This document shows positions 6,712-14,620 of a DNA stretch of 16,947 nucleotides, piece after piece; the first letter of the stretch is position 1, and every line of letters begins with the position of its first letter. This DNA comes from a virus (lineage: Duplodnaviria > Heunggongvirae > Uroviricota > Caudoviricetes). A program made the translations under genes and the position numbers. The notes beneath the pieces are model-generated. The model saw nothing but the letters and a program-made list of their open reading frames with translations, was not told where the DNA came from and did no database searches. The stretch lies in the IMG/VR virus record IMGVR_UViG_3300034019_002140; one strand, written 5' to 3'.

Positions 6712-8574
6712 ATGCAGATAAAAAACCCCAACATAATCCTTATTCAACTTTGGATTGGAAAAATACCTGATTATTTTTGGTATCACTATGAAACAACTAA
6801 AAATCTAAATATAGATTTTCTTTTTGTAACTGACCAAGATATTGATTTGAATAGTAAAAATTACAAAGTTATTAAAGTAGGGATAGAATCCTTAAAAAAA
6901 CTCATCAAGTCGAAAATTGGGATAGACTACAAAATTAATAATCTCAGGAATGTTTGTATTTTAAAATCATCTTTGGGTGATTTGTTTTCTGAACATCTGA
7001 GAGGTTATGATTTTTTTGGGCATTACGACATTGATACTCTTTTTGGTGACTTGAGAAAATTTGTTGACCCGTATTTGGAATCTTTCGATGTTATTTCTTT
7101 TGGAGAACGAAACTATCATGATAGAATTTCTGGACCCCTTACCATAATTAAAAACACCGAGCAAAACAGAACTATTTACAAAATAAAGTTTGCTGAATTC
7201 GTAAACAATTTAATAAACTACGATGTAATTGCTTTCGATGAAAATGAATTAAACGAACTTCATCAAAAAAATTCCAAAGTAAAAATTCTTTATGATTGTT
7301 CAAATTTTGATGTTATAGAAGGAAAGTTGATTCCAAATTGTAAATGGTTTGGAGGAAAGGTTTATGTAAACTCGGAAGAAAAATTACTACATCATTTTTA
7401 TAATAAGAATAACACAAAACTGAGTCGAATTGGTAATACGATAACTTGCACAAACTCCAAAAAATTTTCTGATGACTTCATGTGGGTGACCTACTTCACT
7501 GAAAATTATGAAAAATTACTCGAGGGTTTTATCGATTCCATTCGAAAATATTCAAACAGAAAATGTCTTTTGTATACAATAAACTATACCTCTGAACTTA
7601 TTACTAATTTAGATGAACAGTTCATAGTTAGGAGATTAGATTTACCAAAAGGTGATTTAGACGTAAATGGAAGAGATATAACTGTGTTATCATCAAAACC
7701 AATTATTCTTTCGGATGCGATAAACTATCTAAGTGATACTAAATTTGTTTACATTGACACTGATGTTTATTTAACCAATGTTTCCGATGACTTAGGAAAC
7801 TTTTTCGATGAAATCGAAAATTATCCTTTGATGAATTCCCACGTCCATGATAGACTTTATGCTAACGATATATTACCTACACGTGAATGGGTAAGCACTT
7901 TAGATATATTGTCAGAGGTCACTAATATACCAATAAGAATATTTCCTAGAAGAAAATGCAACGTAATCCTTTTTGATAAAAATTCAAGATGGTTCTTTGA
8001 AGAACAGATGGAAATATACAACAAATACAAAAATACAAAACCAGGGATATTCAGATTACACGACGAAGACTCGGCTAATATATTATTATCTAAATATGAA
8101 TTAAAAAAATCACTTCCATTAATTGATATGGAAGAATCACCATTTTTAGATATGCAAAAAATTAAAAATTACAGCTACAATATAAGTTTAATTTCCGAAC
8201 ATGTTAAATTACCAAAAAATGAAAATGAGATTTATATATTTCACGGATTCAAAGACTTTGAATTCTACAAAAAAATAAGAGAAAACTACGGTAAAACTGT
8301 TTTGTGCGAGGATGATTTTTTGGTAAACTTTAAAAACAACACATTGTTCTTTCAAAGAAACTCTTTTTTAACAGGTAAAAAAATTGAAGATACTGTCAAC
8401 TTCGTTGTCAGAAATAGTGAAAAAAAAGAAATTCTAAATTTACAAAATCAAAAAATTTTTAATTATTGGACTTTTTTTATTTCGGACATAAATTTGCACC
8501 ACGGAAAATATTATATTGATATAATCGAGAAAAATAAAAATAGAATTATTCTAAAAACAATCTTGGAAATATGA
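6712..8574 (+). CDS. Two-domain putative glycosyltransferase (DUF6625-like N-domain + GT-A-like DxD domain) with C-terminal beta-rich module
   Basis: N-domain WIGKIPDYF..FLFVTD..GYDFFGHYDIDTLFGDLRKF resembles DUF6625; the second domain from ~7465 has FVYIDTDVY (7756-7764 DTD) and LHDEDSAN..IFHG. Confidence 0.65.
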   Translation: MQIKNPNIILIQLWIGKIPDYFWYHYETTKNLNIDFLFVTDQDIDLNSKNYKVIKVGIESLKKLIKSKIGIDYKINNLRNVCILKSSLGDLFSEHLRGYDFFGHYDIDTLFGDLRKFVDPYLESFDVISFGERNYHDRISGPLTIIKNTEQNRTIYKIKFAEFVNNLINYDVIAFDENELNELHQKNSKVKILYDCSNFDVIEGKLIPNCKWFGGKVYVNSEEKLLHHFYNKNNTKLSRIGNTITCTNSKKFSDDFMWVTYFTENYEKLLEGFIDSIRKYSNRKCLLYTINYTSELITNLDEQFIVRRLDLPKGDLDVNGRDITVLSSKPIILSDAINYLSDTKFVYIDTDVYLTNVSDDLGNFFDEIENYPLMNSHVHDRLYANDILPTREWVSTLDILSEVTNIPIRIFPRRKCNVILFDKNSRWFFEEQMEIYNKYKNTKPGIFRLHDEDSANILLSKYELKKSLPLIDMEESPFLDMQKIKNYSYNISLISEHVKLPKNENEIYIFHGFKDFEFYKKIRENYGKTVLCEDDFLVNFKNNTLFFQRNSFLTGKKIEDTVNFVVRNSEKKEILNLQNQKIFNYWTFFISDINLHHGKYYIDIIEKNKNRIILKTILEI

Positions 8575-10223
8575 TTAGGTTTATCGAGTATTCTGCATCA
8601 GAAAGAAAATTAAAATATTTAAATTGTTCGAATAAAAAACTACATGTTAGGATAGATTTATATGAAGGATACACCAATAGTTTTATGTTCAGTAATTACT
8701 TGGAACTTGACACAAATCCAAACATTCATTATTTCACATATATTCCTGGTAGTTGGAAAAATATGAGAGCTTTTTTTTACGATTTAGAAACCAACGAATT
8801 GATTGCTCCATTTGTTTTTGATGGAAATATAGATTTGAGAGAGTACGATTATGAAAACTATCTTACAAATGTTCAAAAACAAAATACTCTCGGACAACAA
8901 GCGGGTGTAAACGATGTTCTGAGAGAACATTTCTGCGATAGACAATACGAAAATATTGTAGATGTGGAAGAAGGAGATGTAGTTGTAGATATAGGATTCA
9001 ATCACGGTATTTTTTCTTTAGGGGCAATTATGAAGAAAGCTTCAAAAATTTACGGATTCGAACCAAATAAAAACATTTTTGAAAAGTTGAAAGATTACCC
9101 AAGAAAAGATATTGTTAAAGTTTTCAATCTTGCAGTTTCGGATAAAAATGAGACTTTAACTTTTTACGAGGGAGACAATACCTTGGGTTCATCTATTTAC
9201 GACAGTGTTGTTGATTATAAAGAATCCTACCAAGTCCAGTGTGTTAATTTTTATGATTTTATTAAATCACAAGGGATTGAAAAAATAGATTTTTTGAAAA
9301 TAGATTGTGAGGGTACGGAATACGAGGTTTTTGAATCTATACCTGACGTTTTTTTTAAAACAATAAAAAAAATACATGTTGAATTTCACTTCAACACTGA
9401 CTTCAGGATAAAATCTCTTATCGATAAATTAGAAAGAAATGAATTCGATTGGGAATTTGAGGAGGGAAAAGATTTTAATTCAGACATAGGATTAATTTTT
9501 GCAAAAAAGAAAGAAAAAAATTATTATGAGACTTTTGAAAAAATTAAACACATTCAACCTAAAAATGATTTCGAGAATTTTTTCTTGAATAAAAAGGGGA
9601 AAAAAAATATTCATAAGTGGTTTCATTATTTAGAGGTCTACGATAGGTATTTTTCTAAATTTAGAGGTAAAGAAATTTGTATTTTAGAAATTGGTGTAGA
9701 AAACGGAGGTTCACTTGAGATGTGGAAAAATTATTTCGGACCTAAGGTAAAAATTTATGGAGTAGATATAAACACTAATTGTAAAATATACGAAGAAGAA
9801 CAAATAGAAATATTCATAGGCTCCCAAGATGATGAAGAATTTTTAGAATCGCTAAAAACTAAAATTCCAAAATTGGATATAATAATAGACGATGGGGGGC
9901 ACACAATGAGTCAACAAATTATCACGTATGAACATATGATTGACCATATGACTGATGATTCCATATACATCTGCGAAGATTTACATACATCCTATTGGCC
10001 CAAATTCTACGGAGGAGGATTAAAAAAGGAGGGTACTTTTATAGAATATTCGAAAAACTTTATTGATTATATAAATGCGTGGCATTCCAAACAACAGGAG
10101 ATAAGATATGAAACTAAAAATATTTTTGGTATTCACTATTATGATAGTATGTTAGTTTTGGAAAAAAGAAAAATAAACGAACCGTTCCATTCAGATAATG
10201 GAATTATAAATGAAATGAGATGA
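8571..10223 (+). CDS. Double SAM-dependent methyltransferase: FkbM-family domain + MycE-like class I sugar O-methyltransferase domain
   Basis: Domain 1: VVVDIGFNHG, IYGFEPN, IDFLKIDCEGTEY. Domain 2 (from ~9520): HKWFHYLEVY, ILEIGVENGGSLEMW, IYGVDIN, DIIIDDGGH, YICEDLHTSYW. Confidence 0.85.
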   Translation: MIRFIEYSASERKLKYLNCSNKKLHVRIDLYEGYTNSFMFSNYLELDTNPNIHYFTYIPGSWKNMRAFFYDLETNELIAPFVFDGNIDLREYDYENYLTNVQKQNTLGQQAGVNDVLREHFCDRQYENIVDVEEGDVVVDIGFNHGIFSLGAIMKKASKIYGFEPNKNIFEKLKDYPRKDIVKVFNLAVSDKNETLTFYEGDNTLGSSIYDSVVDYKESYQVQCVNFYDFIKSQGIEKIDFLKIDCEGTEYEVFESIPDVFFKTIKKIHVEFHFNTDFRIKSLIDKLERNEFDWEFEEGKDFNSDIGLIFAKKKEKNYYETFEKIKHIQPKNDFENFFLNKKGKKNIHKWFHYLEVYDRYFSKFRGKEICILEIGVENGGSLEMWKNYFGPKVKIYGVDINTNCKIYEEEQIEIFIGSQDDEEFLESLKTKIPKLDIIIDDGGHTMSQQIITYEHMIDHMTDDSIYICEDLHTSYWPKFYGGGLKKEGTFIEYSKNFIDYINAWHSKQQEIRYETKNIFGIHYYDSMLVLEKRKINEPFHSDNGIINEMR

Positions 10224-11149
10224 ATAAAAAAATCGCACTAATAAGTTCCTTTTGTGATACAAATGAAAAGTTAGATGTTTTAAAAAAAAACATATCAATA
10301 GTCAAGTCCCAAGGTATTGATGTTTTGGTTATAAGTCCTTTTGTTATAGATAAGAAAATTACGGAAATGTGTGATTACTTTTTTATTACAAAAGATAATC
10401 CAATTTTAGATTGGCCTGAACGTTCGATGTTTTATTGGAGAATTCTAAGTAATAATAATTCTAGTTACAAATTATCTGTGACATACGCAGATTATGGTTT
10501 TGCGGGATTGTATCAAGTCAAACAATTGAGTGATATTGCACTAACCTTTGGATATGAACAATTTTTTCACATGATATATGATATTAAAATCACAGAGGAC
10601 TTCAAAGAATTTTTCAATTCCGATAGAAAATGTTCAATTTTTCCATCCAAAAGAGATAATCAAATTTGGCCCTTTGGATTACACTTTATGATATTCGATA
10701 GGTTAAACTTAGAAAAATTTTCTTCTATGATTACTTTGAAAAATTATTTAAGTGTGGAAAACAGTGATGCTTTTTCTTGGTTAGAGGTATATCGGAAACA
10801 ATTGAATTCTGACATAGAAAAAATACCGGTAGAAGATGAAATATTTTATTACGAGAATAAGGATTTTTTAAATTTTTCACCATTTGATTCCGTCAAGTTT
10901 TTTATAGAAAAAAATGATGAACAAGATGAAAATGTAAAATTATTTTTTTACGACATAACCGATGAAATCGAAGTCAAAATTATTATAGATAATATAAAAT
11001 ATACCCGTAAAATTAATAACCTTGATTTAATTGATTTGGGATATAAGAAAAATGAAATAAAGAATACTAGTATACAAATTGCTGATACAAATAAAAACAT
11101 TACAGAGATAATAAAAAAAATTAAACATAACACACTTCAGAAATTATGA
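10220..11149 (+). CDS. Hypothetical protein, possibly a divergent GT-A-like glycan enzyme
   Basis: 309-aa ORF coupled by ATGA overlaps on both sides; alternating beta/alpha N-terminus (IALISSFCD, VLVISP, YFFITKDNP) and FFHMIYD segment. No family recognised with certainty, so confidence applies to the CDS rather than the function. Confidence 0.75.
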   Translation: MNKKIALISSFCDTNEKLDVLKKNISIVKSQGIDVLVISPFVIDKKITEMCDYFFITKDNPILDWPERSMFYWRILSNNNSSYKLSVTYADYGFAGLYQVKQLSDIALTFGYEQFFHMIYDIKITEDFKEFFNSDRKCSIFPSKRDNQIWPFGLHFMIFDRLNLEKFSSMITLKNYLSVENSDAFSWLEVYRKQLNSDIEKIPVEDEIFYYENKDFLNFSPFDSVKFFIEKNDEQDENVKLFFYDITDEIEVKIIIDNIKYTRKINNLDLIDLGYKKNEIKNTSIQIADTNKNITEIIKKIKHNTLQKL

Positions 11150-11694
11150 TAGAAAATCTTCATTTATGGTTAGCCGACAGAGGAACTTATTTTGACAGGA
11201 ATGTCAATATAATTTCTTGGAGCGATGAGTATAAAGTTAGAGTTGGTAAATATTGTTCGATAGGTAGAGATTGTAATTTTTTCTTACACGCCAATCACCG
11301 ACCTGATTGGATTACAACTAGCTCACAACTTTGGGGACCTGTTACTCCTGAGATAGCATCTCTTCACATGCAAATGGGTCATCCATCTTGTAAAGGGGAT
11401 ATTATTGTGGGTAATGATGTTTGGATTGGTGCTAAATCAACAATTATGTCAGGAGTGAAAATAGGGGATGGTGCCATAGTAGCTGCGGGTGCGTTGGTGA
11501 CAAAAGATGTTGAACCATATTCCATAGTGGGTGGCAATCCTGCAAAATTATTAAAATACCGCTTCGATAAAAGTCAAATTGAAGAGTTACTGAAAATAGA
11601 ATGGTGGTCTTGGGATGAAAGCAAAATCAAAGAGGAGGGAATGATTCTTTGGAGTTCCGATATAAATTATTTCATTGAAAAACATAAAAAATGA
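11146..11694 (+). CDS. CatB/Vat-related hexapeptide-repeat O-acetyltransferase
   Basis: VGKYCSIG, KGDIIVGNDVWIGAKSTIMSGVKIGDGAIVAAGALVTKDVEPYSIVGGNPAK and C-terminal LLKIEWWSW typical of xenobiotic acyltransferase-type LbH proteins. Confidence 0.88.
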   Translation: MIENLHLWLADRGTYFDRNVNIISWSDEYKVRVGKYCSIGRDCNFFLHANHRPDWITTSSQLWGPVTPEIASLHMQMGHPSCKGDIIVGNDVWIGAKSTIMSGVKIGDGAIVAAGALVTKDVEPYSIVGGNPAKLLKYRFDKSQIEELLKIEWWSWDESKIKEEGMILWSSDINYFIEKHKK

Positions 11695-12527
11695 TAAATG
11701 TTACTTATAATAAAGACGGTATACGAGTTGACTTTGGTGAAATAAGTAAGTTCAACAATAATTTACCTTTGAGGCTAAAAATAAAAAAACATGTCAGTGG
11801 AGAGACACAATGGGAAACAAATGTTCATGATTTTTGGTTTGCAACTTATCCAAACACTGAGATGTTTGACGTAGAAATTTCTGACTCTTTTGGTCATATT
11901 TTGTATAGAAAAAATTGGGACGTCATAGAGCATGGTAACTATTTTTACAAGGCTTTATTTTTGTATAATAAAAAACTCATTTCTAATGGTATTTTTCCAA
12001 AAGGTTTGGTTATCGGTACACATGATGGGGAATTTGGTGAATGGGTACCAATTGCTTTGAGAAGAGAAGCTAAGATGTTTTTAGTTGAGGCGTCCGAAAA
12101 ACAATTTAACAAGTTGAACTTAAATTACAATAATAATTCTTGTATAAAAACATTTAGACAATTGATTACTCCAAATGGGGGTGAAGTAAAATTCTATGAA
12201 GGGGGTCAAGGTTATACAAATAGTGTGGATGAAACTGTGATTAAAAATTGGGAAAAAGAAGAGATAAATTGTACAGTCAGAGATTCTATGAGTATCAACG
12301 ACTTCATTGAAAAAAATTGCGATGGTAAACTAGATTGGATTCACTTAGATGTCGAAGGATTGGATGCAAATTTAATATTATCACTTCACCCTAAATTTCT
12401 AACAAATTTTATAATATTTGAAGATTATAATCTTGTGCCAGAGCAAAAAGAAATTCTTACCGATTATCTAAAATCGAACGGGTATCTTTTACATTCCCAC
12501 GAAGGAATTTGTTTAGCCTCAAAATAA
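11691..12527 (+). CDS. FkbM-like methyltransferase with N-terminal beta-rich accessory module
   Basis: Atypical motif I GLVIGTHDGEFG, FLVEAS, WIHLDVEGLD, IIFED; the first ~77 aa resemble the module preceding the heptosyltransferase domain of 4377..6659. Confidence 0.75.
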   Translation: MINVTYNKDGIRVDFGEISKFNNNLPLRLKIKKHVSGETQWETNVHDFWFATYPNTEMFDVEISDSFGHILYRKNWDVIEHGNYFYKALFLYNKKLISNGIFPKGLVIGTHDGEFGEWVPIALRREAKMFLVEASEKQFNKLNLNYNNNSCIKTFRQLITPNGGEVKFYEGGQGYTNSVDETVIKNWEKEEINCTVRDSMSINDFIEKNCDGKLDWIHLDVEGLDANLILSLHPKFLTNFIIFEDYNLVPEQKEILTDYLKSNGYLLHSHEGICLASK

Positions 12528-12534
12528 TAGGAAT

Positions 12535-12963
12535 ATGAAAATTATATCACACCGAGGAAATTTATTTGGTAATAAAGTGGACGAAGAGAACAAGAAATCA
12601 AGTGTGGTTAGAGCAATAGAATTAGGATTTGATGTTGAGATTGATTTTTGGCATACAGAAAAAGGTTTTTTTTTGGGTCACGATAGTCCTGAGGAATCTG
12701 TGACACTAGAATGGCTTTACGAAGTGAAAGATAATTTGTGGGTTCATTCAAAAAATTTAGATTCAATAAGAATTTTGAAACAAACAGAATTAAATTGGTT
12801 TTGGCACGAAAATGACAGAATGACAATTACGAGTAAAGGTTTTATTTGGTGTAATTACAACGTAATTGTCCCTGAGAGTATCATTGTTGAACTTGATTAT
12901 AAAATACTCCCTGATACATTATATGGGGTCTGTACTGATAAACCATTAGAATATAGAAAATGA
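12535..12963 (+). CDS. Short GDPD/PLC-like phosphodiesterase (142 aa)
   Basis: IISHRGN (catalytic His/Arg), GFDVEID, FLGHD (second His), WVHSKN, C-terminal GVCTD. Confidence 0.75.
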   Translation: MKIISHRGNLFGNKVDEENKKSSVVRAIELGFDVEIDFWHTEKGFFLGHDSPEESVTLEWLYEVKDNLWVHSKNLDSIRILKQTELNWFWHENDRMTITSKGFIWCNYNVIVPESIIVELDYKILPDTLYGVCTDKPLEYRK

Positions 12964-14324
12964 TAAAACTCATAATTTTTGATTTGGATGGGGTTTTAGT
13001 CGAAACTAAACACATACATTTTCTAACTTTAAATAACGCCATAGAGTCAATTGGGGGTTCTAATTTTATTATCTCAGAAAAGGAACATCTATCAATTTAC
13101 GACGGTTTGAAAACCTATGAAAAACTAAAAATTCTCACCAAAGAAAAGGGTTTATCGGAAGAGTTTTATAAAGAAATTTGGGAACTAAAACAGAATTTGA
13201 CTTTGAATTCTATCAGTAAACTTTCTCCAAACAATAGACTGATAGAAATAATGAAAAAACTTAGAGAAAAAAATTTTAAAATTGCATGTTGTTCTAATTC
13301 TATCCGTCGTTCTGTTCTTATCATGTTATCCAAGCTTGGATTGATTGAGTTCATGGATTTGATTCTTTCTAACGAAGATGTTAAAAACGGTAAACCACAT
13401 CCCGAAATTTATTGGTCTGCTATGAGTAGTATGGGTTTTTTACCTGACGAGACACTTATAATAGAGGATTCACCACACGGTTTGTTGGCTGCAAATAGAA
13501 GTAAAGCTCACGTACTCAGGGTCAACAATCCCGAGGATGTCACATACGAAAAAATTTTATCAATTTTGGAAAAAAATATAGTTTACAAAAAACCTAAGTG
13601 GAAAGATAATAATTTGAACGTACTAATTCCTATGGCGGGAGCTGGTTCTAGATTCGAAAATGCGGGATATACCTTCCCAAAACCATTGATTGATGTGAAT
13701 GGAGAGCCCATGATTAAAGTTATTGTCGAAAATTTGAATATTGATGCTAATTTTATTTATATCGTTCAGAGGAATCACAGGGAAAAATATAATCTTGATA
13801 CCCTATTAAACTTGATAACGCCAAATTGTCAAATTGTTGAGGTTGATGGTGTTACACAAGGTGCCGCAGTGACCACTCTTTTGGCTAAGAGTTTAATAAA
13901 TAATGAACGACCTCTTCTTATTTCAAACTCAGACCAATACGTAGAGTGGAACTCAAATGAGTTTCTTTATAAAGTTTATGAAACTAAATTAGATGCTGCT
14001 ATCCTCACTTTCAAATCCACCCATCCAAAATGGTCGTTCGTTAAATGTGATGAATTCGGATATGTTACCGAGGTTGCAGAAAAAAAACCTATTTCAGACA
14101 AAGCAACTGTTGGGATTTACTATTGGTCGAAAGGAAGTGATTATGTAAGATATGCAGAACAAATGATTTCAAAAAACATAAGAACCAATAATGAATTTTA
14201 TGTTTGTCCCGTTTTTAATGAGGCTATTGAGGATAAAAAAAGAATAAAGACCTATGATGTAGAAAAAATGTTCGGACTCGGTACTCCTGAAGATTTGAAG
14301 TTTTACTTAGAAAATTACAAATAA
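12960..14324 (+). CDS. Fusion: HAD-IA (beta-PGM/CbbY-like) phosphatase + BcbE-like nucleotidyltransferase
   Basis: HAD motifs FDLDGVL, CSNS, GKPHPE, IEDSPHG; NTP-transferase motifs IPMAGAGSRF..PKPLI, NSDQY, VGIYYW, LGTPEDL. Confidence 0.85.
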   Translation: MIKLIIFDLDGVLVETKHIHFLTLNNAIESIGGSNFIISEKEHLSIYDGLKTYEKLKILTKEKGLSEEFYKEIWELKQNLTLNSISKLSPNNRLIEIMKKLREKNFKIACCSNSIRRSVLIMLSKLGLIEFMDLILSNEDVKNGKPHPEIYWSAMSSMGFLPDETLIIEDSPHGLLAANRSKAHVLRVNNPEDVTYEKILSILEKNIVYKKPKWKDNNLNVLIPMAGAGSRFENAGYTFPKPLIDVNGEPMIKVIVENLNIDANFIYIVQRNHREKYNLDTLLNLITPNCQIVEVDGVTQGAAVTTLLAKSLINNERPLLISNSDQYVEWNSNEFLYKVYETKLDAAILTFKSTHPKWSFVKCDEFGYVTEVAEKKPISDKATVGIYYWSKGSDYVRYAEQMISKNIRTNNEFYVCPVFNEAIEDKKRIKTYDVEKMFGLGTPEDLKFYLENYK

Positions 14325-14326
14325 AA

Positions 14327-14512
14327 TTATTTAGAAGTTTTTTTCAAACTTTCTTTTTCTTTTCCATTATAAAGTTTCATCAGTCTGAGTGAATCTTTGT
14401 AATGCTTTTCAAGCCTATCTAACTCTTCAATAGGTGTATTACTCTCGCAGGCTAAATTATATTGTTCTTCGGCCTCTTGAATAATTTTCTTTATTGTCTT
14501 CAATAATTTCAT
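14327..14512 (-). CDS. Small helical hypothetical protein (61 aa)
   Basis: ATG at 14512 (MKLLKTIKKIIQEAEE...) is preferred over the track's TTG at 14530; amphipathic, charged helical sequence; TATTTATA lies 3 nt upstream on the coding strand. Confidence 0.65.
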   Translation of the reverse strand: MKLLKTIKKIIQEAEEQYNLACESNTPIEELDRLEKHYKDSLRLMKLYNGKEKESLKKTSK

Positions 14513-14593
14513 ACTTATAAATATTATCAAACCCTTCCTTTATTTAAATGTTTATGAAATTATATTTTAAATGTATAAAATCCTCAATCGGGT

Positions 14594-14610
14594 TATTTAT
14601 TGTATAAATA
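14594..14610 (+). promoter_or_regulatory. Candidate late-promoter element TATTTAT-TGT-ATAAATA (7-bp inverted repeat containing TATAAATA)
   Basis: TATAAATA (14603-14610) matches the T4-type late promoter consensus and lies 10 nt before ATG 14621; the same octamer occurs at 14516-14523 just upstream of the divergent small gene. The motif is all A/T, so chance occurrence is plausible. Confidence 0.4.
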
Positions 14611-14620
14611 GAATTTTTTA

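Noticed and set aside
2013-13354. Short track ORFs nested in larger genes (2013..2285, 2478..2699, 3885..4085, 4422..4634, 6967..7164, 8784..9005, 10948..11133, 12608..12826, 13166..13354)
   Set aside because: All lie antisense to motif-bearing genes and show no recognisable features.
1081-14324. Ordinary bacterial LPS/capsule operon
   Set aside because: No membrane, export or lipid-carrier genes in the window, the transferases are of the protein-modifying Aah/TibC type, and the flanks are fibre-like genes. Disfavoured rather than excluded without the rest of the contig.
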